From Escherichia phage PSD2002, in sequence record OK335775.1: 64,000 nucleotides of DNA; one strand, given 5' to 3'. The notes under the pieces are model-generated. The model worked only from the letters and a program-made list of their open reading frames with translations. It ran no database searches and was not told where the DNA came from. This document shows, piece after piece, positions 59,867 through 64,000 of the stretch. Positions within the stretch are counted from its first letter, which is position 1; each line of letters opens with the position of its first letter. The position numbers and the translations under genes were made by a program.

Positions 59867-60424
59867 ATGACCGAAATTAAACTGACTAAAAATAACTATG
59901 TAAATAATAAGGAGCTTCTGAAAGCTATTACCCAATGGAAAACAGAGCTCAGAGAAAATACCGATCCTAATAAAATAGTTCGCCAGAACGACGTTATTGG
60001 CTTGGCTATTATGCTCATTGCTGAAGGACTAAGTAAACGTTTCAACTTCTCAGGGTATACCCAATCCTGGAAGCAAGAAATGATTGCTGATGGAATCGAA
60101 GCTTCTATTAAAGGTCTTCACAACTTCGACGAAACAAAATACGACAACCCACATGCATATATCACTATGGCTTGTTTTAATGCCTTCGTTCAGCGTATCA
60201 AAAAAGAACGTAAAGAAATGGCAAAGAAATATAGCTACTTCGTCCATAATGTCTATGACAGTAATGATGACGACATGGTAGGTATTGCAGATGAAACCTT
60301 TATCCAAGATATCTACGACAAAATGACTCAGTATGAAACCTCTTTAACTAAAGCACCAGGGTCTGATAAGAGTGCCGAACCTAAAGTCGGTGAACTGGAT
60401 TTTTTATATGGAACATCAGATTAA
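59867..60424 (+). CDS. 55: late-transcription sigma factor gp55
   Basis: [19 protein letters not shown]...[54 protein letters not shown] matches recalled T4 gp55. Confidence 0.95.
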   Translation: MTEIKLTKNNYVNNKELLKAITQWKTELRENTDPNKIVRQNDVIGLAIMLIAEGLSKRFNFSGYTQSWKQEMIADGIEASIKGLHNFDETKYDNPHAYITMACFNAFVQRIKKERKEMAKKYSYFVHNVYDSNDDDMVGIADETFIQDIYDKMTQYETSLTKAPGSDKSAEPKVGELDFLYGTSD

Positions 60425-60638
60425 TATCACTCCACTTTTAGATGGAATGGAAGACTTCGAAGCACTCCCTTATTTTATTAAATTGATATTACGGGATGTT
60501 AAAGGTCTTCCTATTGATATTGACCCACTTAACGTCAGGAATATTGAATTCACTTCTCCTGACAATAACGTAGATTACCGTTATCATGTTGAGAACGCTA
60601 ATTTCTACTTCACTATTGAATTGACTCCAAAGGATTAA
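60408..60638 (+). CDS. hypothetical protein
   Basis: ORF from [10 protein letters not shown]. Confidence 0.4.
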   Translation: MEHQINITPLLDGMEDFEALPYFIKLILRDVKGLPIDIDPLNVRNIEFTSPDNNVDYRYHVENANFYFTIELTPKD

Positions 60639-60639
60639 T

Positions 60640-60951
60640 ATGCAAAGCCATGACATTTCTCAATTGACTGATGAGCAAATTGAAGAAGCCCAGCAACGTT
60701 TAGAAGAGCACAATATTAAAGAAGCTAATTCTCAAGCGGCTAAGATTCTTAAGAAGAATGCTCGTGAAATCCGTCGTTTAAATCTCCATGCCCAAGGCGC
60801 TGTACTTGAAAACAACTTTGAAGCATATAAGTACGCTTTAATTAAATTACGTGGTATTTACCGTCAACCTGTTACTGATGAACTTGTTCAATTGATGTGG
60901 GAATCTACCCGCAAACAAATTTGGGAAATCGTCAATGGCTCTAGTAAATAA
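60640..60951 (+). CDS. hypothetical protein
   Basis: 103-aa ORF. Confidence 0.45.
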   Translation: MQSHDISQLTDEQIEEAQQRLEEHNIKEANSQAAKILKKNAREIRRLNLHAQGAVLENNFEAYKYALIKLRGIYRQPVTDELVQLMWESTRKQIWEIVNGSSK

Positions 60952-61135
60952 ACCCTTTAAACGGCTTCTTATTGGAGCCGCCTTTAGACTTCGCTCATAC
61001 GGTAATATCTGTATTAAGCAGTCCGAAACCGAATACAAAATGGTCGGCCAGTATTCCGATGGAATTTTTCGGATTGAGCCCGTAGCCAAGGTTTGGGTAG
61101 ATTCTCATCAACTTAAGAAATGGTGGCAGAGATGA
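60935..61135 (+). CDS. hypothetical protein
   Basis: 66-aa ORF. Confidence 0.35.
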   Translation: MALVNKPFKRLLIGAAFRLRSYGNICIKQSETEYKMVGQYSDGIFRIEPVAKVWVDSHQLKKWWQR

Positions 61136-61356
61136 TAACATGGACTGCAGGCTAATGAATGACGAATACGAAAAAGTTTAAGAGGTTGTATGAATGACGA
61201 ATTCGATGGATTTTGATAAGATTAAATCTGACAAAAATGAGATGATACTTCAATTTGAAGCCGCTCGTATTAAAGCAGAAAATGAAGGTACTATTACCTA
61301 TAAGCCTATCAAGTTCAGGTCTAATCACGAACCTCTGTACGGTGTATTAGTTGGTA

Positions 61357-61378
61357 AAGGAGCTTAGGCTCCTTTTTT
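61357..61378 (+). terminator. rho-independent terminator
   Basis: AAGGAGC-ttag-GCTCCTT followed by TTTTT. Confidence 0.7.
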
Positions 61379-61421
61379 GCTTTATATTTGGATGATAAAA
61401 TGAACCAACTGAGGAGAACAT

Positions 61422-61565
61422 ATGGAACTACTTTTAGGATATGTCGTGTTATTCATGGCATTCTACACATTCACACGAGCTTGTTGGATAGGATTCTTTT
61501 CCACTCCTGACGGGTTCATTTCAATAATTTTATTTTGCATTGCAATAACGGCGCTTGGCTTATGA
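61422..61565 (+). CDS. possible small membrane protein
   Basis: 47-aa hydrophobic ORF with SD GAGGAG, ATGA overlap with gene 47. Confidence 0.3.
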   Translation: MELLLGYVVLFMAFYTFTRACWIGFFSTPDGFISIILFCIAITALGL

Positions 61566-62584
61566 AAATATTAAACACAGGTGACTGGCACCTTGGAGTG
61601 AAGGCCGATGATGTGTGGGTACAAAATATCCAACGTCAAGGTATCCAAGACGCTATTAATTATTCTAAAGCAAATGGCATTACTGTGTGGATTCAATACG
61701 GTGATATCTTTGACGTTCGTAAAGCAATTACCCATAAGTGTATGGAATTCGCTCGCGAAATCTCCGATTTGCTTAAAGCCAACGGCATTACCATGTATAC
61801 GGTCGTTGGTAACCATGATATGCACTACAAAAACACATTGACTCCGAACGCTGCTTCTGAAGTTCTGGGTAAATATGACCATATCAAGGTTATTGAGAAA
61901 CCTACTACTGTTAATTTTGATGGCACTGAAATTGATTTGATTCCATGGATGTGTGAAGAAAACACGACCGATATCATGGACCATATCAAAAATACCACAG
62001 CAGATTTCTGTATTGGCCACTGGGAATTAAATGGTTTCTATTTCTATAAAGGAATGAAATCACATGGTTTAGAACCTGATTTCCTTAAGAAGTATAAGCA
62101 AGTATGGTCTGGTCACTTCCACACCATTTCTGATGCAGCAAACGTTAAGTATATTGGTACGCCATGGACCCTGACTGCTGGTGATGAGAACGACCCTCGC
62201 GGCTTCTGGATTTTCGATACAGAAACTCATAAGATGGATTTTGTCATCAATGAAACCTGTTGGCACCGTAAGATTCATTATCCAAATGCGACTATCGATT
62301 ACAAAGATTTTACAAATATCGCAGTTCGTGTTATAGTCGATAAAATCGATGATGGCCTTACTAAGTTCGAATCTGAACTTGAAAAGGTTGTCCACTCTTT
62401 ACGTATTGTGTCTAAGGTAGATAACAGCGTTGATATCGATGATTCTGAAGAGGAAGATGAAGTTAAGTCCCTCTTGGATATGATGTATGATTATATCGAT
62501 GCCCTTCCTGATGGCCACACTGAAGACGATGTTAAAGCCCTTAAGACTATGGCTGCACAACTTTATAATGAGGTTACACGATGA
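61562..62584 (+). CDS. 47: recombination endonuclease subunit gp47 (Mre11-like)
   Basis: MKILNTGDWHLGVK...WIQYGDIFDVRKAITHK...VVGNHDMHYKN matches recalled T4 gp47; start trimmed to MKIL. Confidence 0.95.
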   Translation: MKILNTGDWHLGVKADDVWVQNIQRQGIQDAINYSKANGITVWIQYGDIFDVRKAITHKCMEFAREISDLLKANGITMYTVVGNHDMHYKNTLTPNAASEVLGKYDHIKVIEKPTTVNFDGTEIDLIPWMCEENTTDIMDHIKNTTADFCIGHWELNGFYFYKGMKSHGLEPDFLKKYKQVWSGHFHTISDAANVKYIGTPWTLTAGDENDPRGFWIFDTETHKMDFVINETCWHRKIHYPNATIDYKDFTNIAVRVIVDKIDDGLTKFESELEKVVHSLRIVSKVDNSVDIDDSEEEDEVKSLLDMMYDYIDALPDGHTEDDVKALKTMAAQLYNEVTR

Positions 62585-62844
62585 CTTTAGATGAATTCAA
62601 AAAATCAGGCCTTGAACTAGAACACGACTGTATCGTTATTGATGACGATAACCAAACGAATATCATTAAGTTCTGGTTTGAAGCCGTGAGCACTCGCGAT
62701 ACCAACGAGCTTATTAAAGTTTATGTTGCTACCGATTGGGCTGTGGAATTTAGCTTTAATGTAATGGTAGATGATACTCCAGAAACATTAATCCATATGG
62801 CTGAATCATGCATCAAGGATGCTTATAATGATGAAAATGTATAA
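62581..62844 (+). CDS. hypothetical protein (46.1/46.2 position)
   Basis: 87-aa ORF between 47 and 46. Confidence 0.45.
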   Translation: MTLDEFKKSGLELEHDCIVIDDDNQTNIIKFWFEAVSTRDTNELIKVYVATDWAVEFSFNVMVDDTPETLIHMAESCIKDAYNDENV

Positions 62845-63043
62845 ACATGATTTTCATATTGGCGATGGCCGGTTCGGTAATGTAGAATGGGACGTGGATG
62901 GTTCTTGGTATACCGGAACTATGTATGCCACTTCTGAATATTCTGAAGGTGTTTCATGGGCCATGGAACTTGACGACGTGTTTGCTTCTTCCGAAGAAAT
63001 GCTAGAATATGTTGAACAAACAATTCGTGAGAACAATACATGA
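62819..63043 (+). CDS. hypothetical protein (46.1/46.2 position)
   Basis: 74-aa ORF between 47 and 46. Confidence 0.45.
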   Translation: MLIMMKMYKHDFHIGDGRFGNVEWDVDGSWYTGTMYATSEYSEGVSWAMELDDVFASSEEMLEYVEQTIRENNT

Positions 63044-64000
63044 AAACGTTTAAGTTAAAGAAAGTAACGTATAAAAATATTATGTCTGTAGGCCAGCAAC
63101 CTATTACAATCCAACTTGATAAGGTCCAAAAGACCTTAGTCACCGGTAAAAATGGCGCTGGGAAATCTACGTTCCTTGAAGCGGTAACATTTGCTCTGTT
63201 TGGTAAGCCTTTTCGTGATGTTAAGAAAGGGCAATTAATTAACTCAAGTAACAAGAAAGACCTTTTGGTCGAACTGTGGATGGAATATGATGGCAAAGAA
63301 TACTATATCAAACGCGGGCAAAAACCCAACGTTTTTGAAATCTCTTGTGGCGGTGAACGTCTTGATGAATCTGCCAGCAGTAAAGACTTCCAAGCAGAAT
63401 TTGAACAGCTTATCGGAATGTCATATGCCAGTTTCAAACAGATTGTCGTACTTGGTACAGCAGGGTATACCCCTTTCATGGGTTTGTCGACCCCTGCGCG
63501 CCGAAAGCTTGTGGAAGACCTGTTAGAGGTTTCTGTATTAGCGGATATGGACAAGTTGAACAAATCTTTGATTCGTGAGACTAATAGCCAAATCCAGGTA
63601 ATCGACGTTAAACAGGATTCTATTACCCAGCAAATTAAAATTTATAATGACAACGAAGAACGTCAGCGTAAATTATCCGGCGAGAACGCAGCACGTCTAC
63701 AGTTAATGTACGATGAGCTAGTTAAAGAAGCCAGGACTGCGAAGGGCAATATAGAAAAACTGACTGATGAATTACTCAATGTCATCGTCGATGATGACCC
63801 TAGCAACTCTATGAGTGACCTGAGCAATAAAGGATTTGCAATCAAGAATGATATGGCAACCTTTACTAAGGTCGTGAAATTATACGAAACCGGTGGTAGT
63901 TGTCCTACATGTATGCAAGGATTGGAAGAACATGGAAACATCCTTACTAAAATTAAGGATAAGAACTTTGAGCTTCAAAAATCTTTGGATAAGATTAATG
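63040..64000 (+). CDS. 46: recombination endonuclease ATPase subunit gp46 (Rad50-like), N-terminal part
   Basis: MKTFKLKKVTYKNIMSVGQQPITIQLDKVQKTLVTGKNGAGKST... matches recalled T4 gp46; continues past window end. Confidence 0.93.
   Translation, partial: MKTFKLKKVTYKNIMSVGQQPITIQLDKVQKTLVTGKNGAGKSTFLEAVTFALFGKPFRDVKKGQLINSSNKKDLLVELWMEYDGKEYYIKRGQKPNVFEISCGGERLDESASSKDFQAEFEQLIGMSYASFKQIVVLGTAGYTPFMGLSTPARRKLVEDLLEVSVLADMDKLNKSLIRETNSQIQVIDVKQDSITQQIKIYNDNEERQRKLSGENAARLQLMYDELVKEARTAKGNIEKLTDELLNVIVDDDPSNSMSDLSNKGFAIKNDMATFTKVVKLYETGGSCPTCMQGLEEHGNILTKIKDKNFELQKSLDKIN

Overview
This window is a T4-like (Tevenvirinae-type) myovirus genome segment, in reverse orientation relative to the usual T4 map. 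All calls are from reading the sequence and recalled T4 protein sequences and gene order; no database search was run. Positions 1-24030 carry the late structural operon on the minus strand in T4 order: 18 (N-terminal part), 17, 16, 15, 14, 13, wac, 12, 11, 10, 9, 8, 7, 6, an unrecognised 695-aa ORF, 5 and 53. A palindromic divergent late-promoter region (24031-24075) separates gene 53 from plus-strand genes 4, 2, 3, 1, 57A and 57B. The rest of the plus strand is an early/middle region dense with small ORFs: the ipI locus, two tRNAs, a roughly 8-kb accessory block, then nudE, e, two internal-protein genes, denV, regB, an HNH endonuclease, a macro-domain protein, tk, rI, the nrdC-upstream block, nrdC, 49, 55, 47 and the start of 46. 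Many plus-strand genes are preceded by a reiterated early-promoter/stem-loop cassette (GTTTAC, 17-18 nt, TGATACTATAGACCTATCAA, SD) resembling the PeSL cassettes described for T4-type phages. The most unusual items are a tandem family of four small proteins ending in W-x-S-S-x-x-Cys, the 695-aa ORF inside the baseplate operon, six ORFs with the capsid-targeting leader MK(T/S)Y(N/Q/K)EF, and a nucleotidyltransferase-like/AAA+ ATPase gene pair. No nrdD/nrdG or alpha-glucosyltransferase-sized ORFs are present at the expected positions.
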